Shown piece by piece: positions 37,909 through 51,379 of a DNA stretch of 64,000 nt; the first letter of the stretch is position 1, and each line of letters begins with the position of its first letter. The stretch comes from Yuukianura sp. NJ FZ-2021 (taxonomy: Eukaryota). Made by a program: the position numbers and the translations under genes. The stretch spans positions 5,580,001-5,644,000 of the forward strand of contig CM102283.1 in NCBI GenBank assembly GCA_046563655.1. Reading direction: 5' to 3'. The notes beneath the pieces are model-generated. The model saw only the letters and a list, made by a program, of their open reading frames with translations. It searched no databases and was not told where the DNA came from.

Positions 37909-39360
37909 ATGACTTCTCAACACCATGGTTTGAGCTATGGACACCTATTAGTTCGTTTACTTTGTGTAGTAACATTGGCATCCTCCGTTGTCGTTGTTGA
38001 AGGTTATCGACAGGAAGGTCCTTTGGATTGGTTTTTGGAGGGTGTAGGCCAAGTAATCGATGCTGTTCGAAACCCTGACAATTATAAAAAGCGTAACGAA
38101 GACTGGGGACAATGGGGTAAGAGAGTGGCGTGCAACGCTGCCAACATGGAGTGCTGTGTGGCCCCCTACATTCGTCCAGACAATTTCGTTCGAAGTGAGC
38201 ACAATTTAGTATTCGTGGAAAGGAAATGTGATGAGTATTCTGAAACATTGCTTTAAAGTTGTTATTTGTTTTACAGATTTAAAGGAAAGACTGAACGAAG
38301 AATTATTTGGACAACATTTAGTGACCGAGAATGTATTAAACGCCATCGCTGCTCATTGGAATGGTAATCCACGGCGACCCCTTGTTTTAAGTTTCCATGG
38401 CTGGACTGGTTCGGGAAAGACTTACCTATCACAGATCATTGCCAACACATTGTTCAAGAAGGGAGAAGGGAGCCAGTTTTACAAACGTTTTACGCAAGGG
38501 TATGATTTTTTCGATAACAGAGAGGAATCCCTTCTAGGAATTCAGGTATGTATTGGCTAAAGCTTTGGTAATTTTAAGTCAATTGTGATCTAATATATGA
38601 TTTCAAATGTTTGATGTTGTAGTCACGCCTCCATGCCGATCTTCTCATGATAGCAGAAAGATGCGAGTACGCAGTGTTCGTTTTCGATGAAGTTCAGCAG
38701 ATTCCTCCAAAAGTGTTAGATGCCTTAGTTCCATTTGTTGATTATCCGGGAGTTGTTAATGGTGTGAGCTTCAAGAAGGCAATTTTCATTTTTCTTGGAA
38801 ATATGGGTGCACAAGTAATCACGGAAATTGCATTCAATGCCTGGAAAGATGGAAAGTCCAGACACAGCCTAACGATGAAGGACTTCGAGAGTGCAGTTAA
38901 TCTTCGAAGTTTTAATGAAAAGGGTAATAACTCCACAATTCATTTGATTTTTCGCATTACTCACAAGGCAATTTTAATTTCTTACAGCTAGTGGCCTGTA
39001 TCGCAGTAAGCTGATTGACAAAAGTCTAATTGACCACACCATTCCATTTTTGCCTATGGAAAAACATCATGTGAAATTCTGCATAAGGCGAGAAGCCATA
39101 TTTCGCCAAGGTTTTGTATTATCCCCTCTGGAGATCGAGTAAGTCGCAAAACTTGTTCTTTGCAGTATAAACTTCTACGTGAGTTAACTCGTATGTCGGT
39201 TAAATAGTTTTGGTTTTTCTTTTTGTGAATTTTCAGTGAGATCGCTGATAATTTGGAGTATTGGCCTGAGGAAACTCCACTTTTCTCAAAGTCTGGATGC
39301 AAGAAAGTAGAACGAGTAGTGGCGCTATGGAAATCAAAACATCGTCATACAGAATTGTGA
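37909..39360 (+). CDS. Torsin: Torsin family AAA+ ATPase, copy 2 (tandem paralog, intact)
   Basis: Same motifs as copy 1 (ELFGQHLV, GWTGSGKT, DEVQQ, GCKKV); ends HTEL*. Exons, introns and 3' UTR align with copy 1. Confidence 0.92.
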
Positions 39361-40076
39361 GGACATCATTTTTAACCGTTTGTTTTTAACTACTTATTTT
39401 CACTGTTGTATTTTTATTCCAAATTCCTTCCATTCTTGACCAAACTGTATTTTACATGACTTTTATTTACCAATCAAATACTATGGCACTATAATCATGA
39501 CCATGAGAAACTCACAGTATATATTCTATTAATTAAAGTAATGAAATAAAAACTATAAGTTGATTTATCATTTGAACAACATTTATTGAACAACTTGAAT
39601 CAATTTAAGCAAGAGTGGGCCAGATTAGAAGACGCTATCGTAAATTGTCAGAATTTTCACACTTTTCCGAGGATTGGTCTACCCGATCATGTGTCTTTCA
39701 TTTCGATTCGAAAAGTCAAACTCAGAGGGCCCACGGAAAAGACAAGGAAGAGTCGATTTTCAGTGCTGCTGCTGATTGGACACTTTGAGCGAGATTCTAA
39801 ACTTACCAATTGACATCTGATTCATAATTATTGTTTACAAATCGTTTTGTACTTAAATTACTTTTGACTTCAGTTAAACATAACTTTAAATCCAACTTCA
39901 AGTTAGAGATCGAGATCACTGAGGTGTACAGACAGCTGTAATTTGCTTATACGAAACAGTACGGCGGAGTTTGGAACTGGAAGAGGGCGTGTGAACGGAG
40001 CAAGGCCCGGTCGGGAAGGCCAAAGTCTTCGTTGTACTCTCAGTTGCTGATACTTTGTCATCTGGATCAGAACAAG

Positions 40077-43000
40077 ATGTCGAGTTTACATTTTGTGGTT
40101 CATCCGTTACCTGGAACAGACGAACAATTAGCGGAACGGTGAGTTCATTACATTTAATTTAAACAACTCCGTCAGAGGGCTTTATAAGATGGATCCGTAT
40201 CCGTGATAAGTTTTGTTTACGGGTCAAGTATAACAATTTTATGACAAATATATTATCTGTCAGTGTTTAATTTTAAGTTTGTAAATGCCTAACTCAACTC
40301 ATGTTGCTATTATCGTTGCAGGTTGCGTGAATTGGGGGAGAGGATTAATCGGTATGGGCAGTCCGTACCGAGTGTGTTGTCACAGTTTACAACAGGATCT
40401 CCAGTTCGTTCGATTTGTGGTGAGCTAAAATACGCAGCATGAGGGGTTTTGAATTGAGCTAAACTTCGTAAATAATCAGATACAAATTCAAATCATTATT
40501 ATGTGTTACAGTTGGGCCTGCTCACATCGCGATTCTATTTGAAGATGGTCGAATTTGCCGAGTTGCATTCTCCGTTATATCTGATCGAGTGGATCTCAGT
40601 CGAAACGAGACTTCTAAACCGTATGTCGTCAATCACTCACTTAAACATAAACCATCTTGGCCTTAGTCGAATGGCATTTGGCGAATGCTTACAAAACATA
40701 ACTGCTTATTTTATTTACTTTATAATGTTTCTTCATTTAAGTTTGACATGAATTTCAGAAGTAGCAAATCTTTTCCTGCCAATCCATCACGGCAGCAGGC
40801 TCGTCAACGCGGTCGTCTTAGCCGTTCAACGACATTACGAGGAGGTCGGGGTTCTGGAGTTGTGATGGGTTCCTCACGTCCTGTCGTTCCGGCTCAGTTT
40901 GTAAGTTCTCAATAGATTAGTGACCTTAATGGCTTAAGTATTTAATCTCTGCATTCTGTATTATTTTCGTCAGGTACCGGAGGACTTGATTAATCAGGCC
41001 CAAATGGTTCTGCAAGGAAAGTCCCGGAGTCTAATTGTACGCGAACTGCAGCGAACCAACCTGGATGTGAATTTGGCAGTTAATAATTTGTTATCCCGTG
41101 ACGATGAAGAAGGTGACGATGGTGATGATTCCCAAGATTCTTATGTATCGGAGGACTTGATGTCTCTGTTGGATAGTGGAATGGGCGGGCCTGAATCCGT
41201 CATGCTTTCGGATGCTGTAGATGCAGTATTTCCCGACGATATGTTTGCTTACTCTACCCTCAGAAAGTATGTGTTTCCTCATTCTTATACTATCTTATAT
41301 AACTTTTGGTTTAATTTAAAACATATTGTTTTCGTTATGCATGTTTTGGTTGCGTAGCCGTTCCGCAAATGCCAGACTTCGTCAAGCGGAAAGATCAGCT
41401 GCCGAAGCTGCAGCTTCGGATCGTGAAAGTTTTACGCGTTGGAGGGACCGACAATATTTTGGACCAAGACGTTGGCTCGAAAATGCTTTACGAGAACCGT
41501 GGAACAATAATCCAACGGACAACACGGGAGAGAGATCTTCTTCCAAGGCCGGTCAGCAGAATCCAAGCAGTTCAAGTGGCGCAGCAGGAGGGAGTGGAAC
41601 TGCCGCAGCATCTCAATTAAATCAGAGTTCGCCTATTTGGCTCTCGGATGAAATTGAGTTTTGGCCGGATAATACGAAGCGATTCACGTCAATCGCTGCA
41701 ATGCATTCTGAACTCATTGCCATTGGAACCAACGGAATTATTTACCAGTGGAAGTGGACTGATGTTGAACCTTACAAGCATCATGACGTAAGGACAAGTT
41801 TTCATAATTCATATACTAAACTTAATTACTAAGTACACATTAGTTAACAATTTTTTATGGTTTTTGTTATGTCTAATTAGAATCCACATATCAACCATCC
41901 TCGTGTGGTTCAATTGGGACTGGTCAATGAAAAAGTAACTGCTATTTCGTCATCCTCAATTCGAGCAACGGTGGCAACAGAATCTGGCAAAGTGAGTACT
42001 TGGGCTGACGAGTCGATTGCTCACGTCGCAGGGAGACTGGAACATCCTGCTCAGTCATTTTCGGATGCTTTTCAAGGACAACGGATAGTGCAGTTATTTA
42101 CATCGAATCTCTATACATTGGCAAGAACGGAAGGGAACGGATACTATTGGTGGGGCGTTTTACCATTTACTCAACGCAAGAAGTTGTGGGAGAAGTACAG
42201 AACAAAGGCAAAGAAAACACAGAAAGCAGCGGGAAAAGGAGAAGACAAAGAAATCGTTACTGGGAGTCAAGTCTTGATTCGTGTTTCTCCTCTATATCAA
42301 TCCGGTGCAATTGGATTCAGCACTGCTGGAGGAATTCCGAAAGTTGGACAATTGCTAAACTCCGCTTGGAGTTTAAATGATACGGCGCGTTTCAAAGTAA
42401 ATTGATTTGTCACTTTATTTGCTAAATAGAAGTAAGTATATTTTATAAAACGTTATTGGTTCTATTTGACTAACTTTTTTGTAGGTTCTTCCTGGTCCAC
42501 GACGCACTGAAATCAAAAAACCGGAAAACCGATCTTCAGATGCAATGCCACCACCACCTTCGCCAGCCAGTTCGACATGTTCGGACACAACGCTGCCTTC
42601 GACATCACAGAAACGACCAAAGAAGCATCCAACTACTCGTGAAAAGGAAGAAAACAACGAAGAGGATTGGGCTCTGCGGGATGTAATTTTTGTAGAAGAC
42701 TCTAAAACTGTTCCAATCGGACATGTTCTAAAAGTTGACGGATCATATGCCCTGGTACACTTCAAAACAAGTCCACAACAACAACAAACGCTTGGCAAAG
42801 ACGAAGACGTTGTATCCCTAATTGATGAAAGTCGTCTTCTCCGACTCGATGAACTGCAAGTGATCAAGAACGGCTCACTACCAAAGGCTCCAGACTGTCT
42901 TCAGAAGAGTCCAAAGAAAGTGGCTTTACCAGACTTTTCAAATATTCTCAGCCTAACTGCAGAGCCAGGCGGAATTCAAGCTGTGATTCGAGAAGGAAGG

Positions 43001-46000
43001 AAAATCAGCTACAAATCGTTCAACCTCCATTCTGGAAGAGTAGAAAAAGAAAGTCGATTTCCAATCGAAATGACAGTATTTCTGGGACTGGATCCAGCAT
43101 TGGTTTCACTACACTCTGGAGGCACAGGAGATGCTGACCAAATGAATGTTCTAAGAGATGGAAATGGAACACTTTTTCCACTGATCAAAGATGCTTTGGA
43201 GACGCTGAAAGAACCGATACTCCTGGATTTGCCGCCAGTGAAATGTCTTGGATTGGGTGTCCATGCTTTACCTCATGTCGGAGCATCGCAGAAGAATCAA
43301 GTGGGAGTCGTCGTTCTTGCACTGGAACAGCAAGTACTGGTGGGAAAAATATTCAAATGTGACGTAGAGGGGATTCGCGGTGTACTGGCTTCATTGGATT
43401 CAGAATTGGGAAGTCGAGCTGGCGGGATAACATTAAATAGGATTCTTCTGGAGAGAGCTGATGGAAACAGAAACTGCTTCCACGTTTGTGTGTCAATGGC
43501 TATTCCGACTCTGAACAAGGAAGTAGAAACTACGCCGGCAGTATCCGCAAGTACTTCCAAGATATTTATACCAGTGGATACGGATGGAAGCAACGCCAAT
43601 AGTGGAACGCCGCGTACTCGAGGAAATACTGAGTCTGAGGAAAGTAGTTCTGGGTTCTTTCCTGTACAGTCTATATCAGTTCCGTCCCTGGAAGCTGATG
43701 ATTCAAATGATGATCTGGACTCTGCTCATGCACTGAACATGGGTTTCAAAGCTTTTGGATCTCCATCTACCATGCAGACTTCAAACCAACCAGCTCCAGT
43801 CACTTCAGTGTCAGATCCGATAGAACGAATCAAAAATGCACAACAGGCGCTGAAACTCCTTCTTGGTTCTGTGGCTCTGGAGCCTCATCTGCATCAATTC
43901 TTGGGAGAAAGAGATTCTCGTGGACAAACACCGTTCATGTTGGCTGTGACATCTCGAGCTTATCAAGCAGCTCTAACACTTTTCAAAGCTATTCAGCAGA
44001 TTGCTAAAGAGAAAGGTGGAGATGCAGAGGGGCAGAAGAAGATGATGATGTCGATGATCTATCCTCCGGGAGCACCGCCAGACGATTCACCACTTCACAT
44101 TCTCTGTGCAAATGATACTTGTTCATTCACTTGGACTGGAGCTGAACACATCAATCAGGTAAAACCGCGTTATAATAATTCACTAAATTCAAGCAGTTTT
44201 TGTTTAAAGTTTAACAATTTAATTTTCTGGGTTTCAGGACATATTTGAGTGTCGAACTTGTGGGTTGGTTGGTTCCCTGTGCTGCTGTACTGAATGTGCT
44301 CGTGTGTGCCACAAAGGCCATGACTGCAAATTGAAGCGAACTTCACCGACGGCTTACTGCGATTGCTGGGAGAAGTGTAAATGCAAATCCCTAATACAGG
44401 GCAACCAACAAGCAAGATTTGAACTACTGCTGAAACTTCTTAATGACACGGATTTGGTTTCTGTAAAAAATTCAAGGTACAACAGAAAATTGTCAAATTC
44501 AAAACGTTTTGTTGTGGCTTTGCCTTTGACTAAATAGTTTTCTGATATGTTTTAGGGGCGAGAACATTTTGTTATTCTTGGTTCAGACGACTGGACGTCA
44601 GATTGTGGAGCAGAGACAATATCGGGCCTCCAGGAAACCGTCTGGGCTTCCACAGCGCAAGTCAGAAAATGTACAGGATTTGGATATGCCGGACCATGAC
44701 CTCCAGCCACCCAGGTTTTGTAGAATGGCTCTGGAGCAGCTTCTAGGAAATTGGTCTGCCTTGAAAGCAATGGTGATGCTTGGGGTTGGAGAAAATGCAG
44801 AAGAGCAAACTGGAACAGCCTTCTTGGACAAATTCACATACAAAATATTGGTCAAATGCAATACAGAGGTAATGTCGCAATTAGTTCAAACGTGTTAAGA
44901 CATAAGACATTTGAATTGTATCTTAATATTAACGGTAAACCTTTTATAAGAATCAGGTGCTTGACATCCTACTAACAACGATTATTCGAGAACTCCAGTC
45001 ACCTTTACCAGCTAGACGGGAGGAAGCAAATATTGTTGCGAGACGTTTCGTGAGATCAGTTGTCCGGATCTTTGTCATCGCAAGTGTGGAAGTTGCTCCA
45101 GTTGTGAAGAAAACGTAAGAAATACGTTTTATAGGCTACGTTTCGCAAGCTCACTTATGTTGTCCATGCCCTTCTTTCATACTCGGCTGTATCAGTGTTA
45201 ATCTCAATTTGGTTTTACTTTGATAGGGGAACATCGACTCGAAGTACAATGACACACGTTGAGGCATGTCGCAGAGTTTTCCAGGCGTTGACTGTTATCT
45301 CCGTCGAAGAACTTTGTGAAATCGCAAATTCTCAGATTACCCCCGTGCGCCTTGGAGTCGTTCGCCCCACGGCCCCGTTCTCTCTACATTCTACGGGATC
45401 CGAAACACTAGCAGTAAGTTCACTTCTTTGCGAGGCTGATAAGTTTTTACGTTCTAAGTTTTAAAAATTAACGTCATTTACTAACTGTTTCAGGGGAGCG
45501 AAGATTTGTTCAGTGCTGATCCACTTCAACCTTACACCGGAACTGGAATTCGACAAGAGTACGATTCTAGAGGAACACGGCTCTTGCCGCGACCTCAACT
45601 TGAAACTTCATCTGTTCAGTTGGTAGGCGTGGAAGATGGAGAACAAGATGGAGATGATGGACTGGAGGACCATGAAGTTGATGCAGAAGGAGATCGTCAA
45701 GGAGAATCCAGTGAACATGAGATGGAACAGATAGAAATTCAAAGCGCAAACCCGCCTGCAGCAGAGCACGGGGATGGAATTGAGCAAGAATCGGACATGG
45801 AACTGGATCTATTGGCAGAATCTGAGAGTGACTCCGATGAAGGTGCCAATGATCCACAGAATCCACGAAGAAGTCAAACTGAAGAAGGCGCTGGTGGAGG
45901 CAACATGAGTCTTTTCTCAGAAGACGACTCTGAGGATTCTACGCAACAAGAAGAAGAGGAAGATGACGAAGATGAATCAGAGGGAAACGATTCTGATGAA

Positions 46001-49000
46001 AGAGAAATTCCGTTACCTTCGTCCAGTCAACAAAATACTCCGGCTAGTTCCACCAGCGCTAGTGCCCCACCACCTCCACCGTCCCAACCAGTCGCGGCGC
46101 CGAGTGCAAGTGAAGATTTTTCAACAGGCAGTGAAGAACCGATTTTTGAACGAAGAGCAGCCATTACGTCTGCTGGAACTGGAACGGCAGGTTCCAGTTC
46201 AGCACAACGTGCTGGAGCACCTCCTGTCTCTATGCAATGGGCTATCCGAAGTAGAGATCCAACGGCAGTGAGAACTGGAGGACTTGTTTTCATTGATCAT
46301 GCGTCGGGGACTATGAGACGATCAGCTGTTAGCACTGCTGCGGCAGCGATTGCCGCTGCAGCGACCAGCTCGCAAGAAACAGTTACAATGGCTAGTACTG
46401 CCTCTGGATTGGCAAGATCCTTCGGAATTATCCTGAGGTTAGCATTTAGTTTTTCATTTTTATCTTAAATTTTTTATAGCAGGACAGCATATCAAAAGTT
46501 TTCTTCTTTTTCCTCAGGGAAATTGGCGAAATGCTGAGATACTTGAAAGATGACTTTGGAAGTTCTTCGTCATTGGCAGGAAGACTGGAAGTGACTCAAG
46601 AAATGTTGAATAATCTGCTGGTTTTCTTGGATAAGAAGCTCTTGCCTACTTGGGACTGGCTATTTCGTGTAATGGATTCAACTGAAGCTTCACTTAGATT
46701 TGGTGGAACTCTCAGTTCTGATAGCAATGCTCAAAGTCATGTTCGGAACCACGGCCGAGCCCTGGCTCCCATTCAGACTGTTTGGAATAATCAAGCGACA
46801 CATCCAGTGGCAGGAGCTGCCTCAAGTGATCAAAGAACAACACGAGAAGATGCCAATTCAGCTCGTCGTGAATTTTTGTCTTACTCTCTTTCGTTGATGA
46901 GAGCCCACAACGCAGAACATTTGGATAGTCTACCAGTCATTGACGTTTCATGTCTCAAGCATGTGGCGTATGTTTTCGACGCTCTAATTTGCTTCATGAG
47001 GGCTGGAAGTGAAATTCCATCTTCAGCAGATACCGCGGCAGACTTGGAGAACTTGATTGTCCACAATCCAGATGAACCGGATGACATGAGTTTTGCGTCA
47101 CCTACAGCAAATGACTCTGCAAACGATTCGAAGGAAGATGTTGTTGAAGAGTTGCAAAGTTCTACCGGCAGAAGGCACACTTTCTTCCAACGATCTGAGT
47201 CAACTTTGTGTCTTGGTTGTCCTGCTCCAGATCCATTTCAGGTATTTAGTAGCATTCTAACTTTATAACCTGCTCCGCCCGGTATTTTACCTAACAATTT
47301 GTATAATGTTTGATTTGTTTTTATTCAGAGTCCATTGGGAGAAGCTCTTCCATTGGCTGAAAAGCCACACTTGTTACAACCGACGGTGCGAAGAGAGGAA
47401 CTGTTCGGTCTTCCGTTGTCTTCTGGAGGAAAAGCAGGATTGAGCGAAATCAACTCCAACACGTTAGCGTTGTCTTCTCGTGATGAGCTCAAATCAAACT
47501 GTTCTACTCTGTTTGAACGCAAAGTTGCAACTATTCCGGAGAGTGAAAAGGAAACAAAAGAAGATGATATGGATGTAGAGCCGGAGCCTACCACCTCTAA
47601 CAGTTTAAAAGTTAGAGTTCCCGTTGTAGCTTGTCAAGTCGCCAGTACAAGTTCAAAGAATTGGGATGTACCACAAGATTTAAGCGTTGCCCGGACAGAA
47701 GAAAGTCAACAGGATTCGAGAGCCCCGATTATCGTTTCACCTAAGAAAGCGACGAGGGAGGACCAGCAACCGCCTGCCAAGAGTGTCATCGTTTGTCATC
47801 GTCCACAAGCACCTCCGGCTAATGTAAATTGATTTAGCAATAGTAGATTTTGGACACTATAAATTTATAAATGGACATATTTGGATTTCACGTTTTGATT
47901 TTTTTCTGATTTTTTGATTTTATGTTGTTTAGGCTGCTGATGAAGCACCGGAGATTCTAGTTGTGCCAGCAGAGGAAGCAATGGACGATGTATCAGAAAC
48001 TGTAACTGTGGAGACGACTGTTAGAGCCCCTTTGAAAATTCCATCAACTCCTGTGCACCCGAGGAAGCCTAGTGTTCAGTTGCATCTGAATCCTTCGATG
48101 GTCACTGATGAAGCACTTCTGGGACGTTGGCATATTACTCTAGAACTGTTTGGACGCGTGTTTGTTGATGACGTGGGACTGGAAGCGGGCTCAGTAATCT
48201 CTGAACTGGGTGGCTTCCCTGTAAAGGAGACAAGATTCCGGCGGGAAATGGAGAAACTAAGAAATGCTCAGCAACGAGACCTAACTCTTTCTAAACTGGA
48301 ACGTGATCGAAACTTGCTTATAGTCAGTTCATTCAAAGAATTGAACAACCACTACAACTCTTCAAATCGACGTGGAGGGACTGCATTTCCTCCACTTGCA
48401 GTCAGTCGTGTCAAAGTTACTTTCAAGGACGAGCCGGGAGAAGGGTCAGGAGTTGCCAGAAGTTTCTACACGGCTTTGGCAGAAGTGAGTAAACTTTATT
48501 TTCAAAGTATTCTGACAGTTGTTTTTGTATGTAACTATGATGTTAAAGTCTTGATTGGTTCATTTTTGTAGGCGCTGCTGGTGGAGGAGAAACTTCCAAA
48601 CTTAGATGGTCTGTCTCTGTCGGGAACAAGCGCGAAGTATGGAAACCAATTCAATGTTCTCCAGCGTCTGCGTTTTAGAGACGACTATGTCCGTCGAGGA
48701 CAGCAAGTCAGAATTATAAAGGTGACAGTTAAGTCTTGTACTTAATTACTAACTTTAAATACTTGAAACTTTGTCCAACCTCTCATGTTTCCTTGTACTT
48801 GATACAGAGGAGTTCTCCACGAGTTCGTGAAGCTCGTCGTAGCTTGTCTATTGATGCTCGTCCATTTCACCCAAGTTCAAGTACTGGAGAAGGATCCAGC
48901 AATCCGCCAGCACTCAATGATCATCTCTCTTCACATCAACAGCAGATAGGGGAGAGACTATACACAAAGGTATGCGAAATGAAGGCAAGGATTAGGGTAG

Positions 49001-50530
49001 GAGCTAACGGAGTACGCGAAGATATTCAAAATGTCAAAAATAGTTTACGTTTTTTTAATGTATTTTTTTTTTTGTTTTTCAGATTCATCAACTAAAGCAA
49101 AACCTCGCACCAAAGATTACTGGAATGTTACTTGAGTTACCGCCACCACAACTACTAATTCTACTTGCATCTGAAGATACACTTAAATCTCGAATTGATG
49201 AGGCTGTGGAGTTGATTTTGATGCACGCCAGAGAAGTGACTGGGGATGCTTTAGCTGATAGGGAAGTATTCAATTTCTCTAAATCAGCAGCATCTTCTTC
49301 TGGAAGTACTGAAACTTCTACGCCAAATCCTCCTCCGAAGACTACTGTAGATACTGAAGCATGGGTAGCTGAAGCAGATGACGGCCCGTTGTTTTATCAA
49401 CCAGGGAAGAAAGGATTTTACTCTCCACGACAAGGAAAAGGTTCTCCGGAAAGACTCAACGCTTTCAGAAACGTCGGAAGGTTAGTAAAAAAAGTTATCA
49501 ATTGTTTAAAAACATTGATTTCATTTTTCGCTGGAGATTTCCCTCATATCACAATGTTCAATTTGTTACAGAATCATCGGACTGTGTCTCCTCCAGAATG
49601 AATTGTGCCCAATTTACCTAAATCGACATATTTTGAAGTACATCCTTGGCCGACCAATTCGATTTCACGATATGGCTTTCTTTGATCCAGTAATTTACGA
49701 AAGTTTCCGCCAACTTATTTTGGATTCGGAAGAACTTAACGCCGTTGACCTATTCGCTAGCATGGAATTGAATTTCAGGTAAGACTTTTAGAAGCAGGGA
49801 GGAAACCTTGATTTTCGATAAATGTTAATTTTAAATGGTGTTTGTTTTTAGTATCGACTTGAGTGTGGAAGAAGGGGGATGCAGTGTAGAATTAGTACCA
49901 GGAGGTCGATCCATTGAAGTTGGAAAGCATAACATCTATGATTATGTGCGCCGGTATGCTGAGTATCGAATGGTTCGCTCACAACGGAAAGCACTGGACG
50001 AGTTGCGCAGTGGTGTTTTTGATGTGATTCCTAACACTTCACTTGAAGGTAAGAATTCTTGTATCTTTTTTTCCACGGTGGTATGCTGAATCTGAAAATT
50101 TAGTTGAGGAAGTAATGGAATCTGTCCATTTGCAGGATTCACATCTGAGGACTTACGGCTACTGTTGAACGGCGTCGGAGACATCAACATTGCTACACTT
50201 ACGGCATACACTTCCTTCAATGATGAAAGCGCCGAGCCGAATGAGAAGTTAGTCCGATTCAAGAAATGGTTTTGGTCGATTTTGGAAAAGATGAGTAACG
50301 TCGAAAGACAAGAGCTGCTTTACTTTTGGACTGGATCTCCAGCATTGCCAGCTTCTGAAGCTGGGTTTCAACCAATGCCGACTGTCACAATTCGTCCTGC
50401 CGATGACACTCACCTTCCAACGGCAAACACTTGCATCTCCCGTCTCTACGTACCACTCTACTCTTCTCGTCACATCCTCCGACAAAAAGTTCTGTTGGCT
50501 ATCAAGACCAGGAACTTCGGATTTGTCTAG
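40077..50530 (+). CDS. hyd: E3 ubiquitin-protein ligase hyperplastic discs / UBR5 (UBA, UBR-box, MLLE/PABC, HECT)
   Basis: [14 protein letters not shown] start; UBA ([28 protein letters not shown]); UBR box ([16 protein letters not shown]...[11 protein letters not shown]); MLLE (KITGMLLEL); HECT ([17 protein letters not shown]...[12 protein letters not shown]...KTRNFGFV*). Confidence 0.97.
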
Positions 50531-51379
50531 TTCCAGCTTTCTACAACCCTCCCAATTCTTTTCTGTTCAACGAACTCTCACTTTCTCTTCTTCAATTGTA
50601 ATTTGTCAGGGTTTATAAGGCTAAATTAGCTGTGTTTTCTTTCTTAACGTTCTGTAATAGCAATCCCACTCCAGTGGTGGCTTCTCCCAAGTTAAGCAAA
50701 ATTTCCTATGTTCATTTAAATAAAATCTAAAGAATTCTAAACGTGCGAAGCCATGAATTGGTCGAAGTAGGATTTGGGGATTATAAATCTGACTTCAACC
50801 AAAACCTTATTATATTTGGTGTGCTTTACTAAAGTTATGGTTATGTATAATGAGAGCATGCTTTCGACGCTTCAAGAAGGTTTTATTAAATTACTTAACT
50901 TATGATAATCTACTGTAACAAATATAAGATGGTGGCATTTGCAAGTGATTTATGTCAAATCGTGGGAAAGGAAATGAAAAACTGGATTCGTAGGTTGAAC
51001 CAAGAGTTGCACTCATTCAGTACAAACCTTTTACTGAGCAAGTCTAAAAGTGACAACTTCCTTGCAAATGTTGTAAATCGAGACCAACTGAAACTGGTTT
51101 AACAGCTTTCCACTGTTGACCACTAACGACGGGTTAGAATTAGGTGAATGTTGGAATCTCGGAATCAATTTGAAAGACCTTTGCCTTCAATTACTCAAAC
51201 ACCACGTAGTAGCTGGCTTTGTTTTTTGTCAATTACTAAGTTAACAAAAATCGAAAGAAAGTGAATGTAGGCCTCAGAGAAAGTGAAATTGAAGTTGGAT
51301 TTTACTAAAATTAATACGGTGAAGTGCCAATTGAATTCTTAGCATGATCTTTCATTTCTGAAGTTGGCTTTGCTTTGCA

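Noticed and set aside
24099-50485. Many antisense or alternate-frame ORFs overlapping glypican, torsin and hyd exons
   Set aside because: Shadow ORFs of real coding exons with no independent signals.
25930-50530. Functional ubiquitin cluster of HAPSTR1 and hyd/UBR5
   Set aside because: HAPSTR1 is a known partner of HUWE1, not UBR5; proximity in a gene-dense genome is expected by chance.
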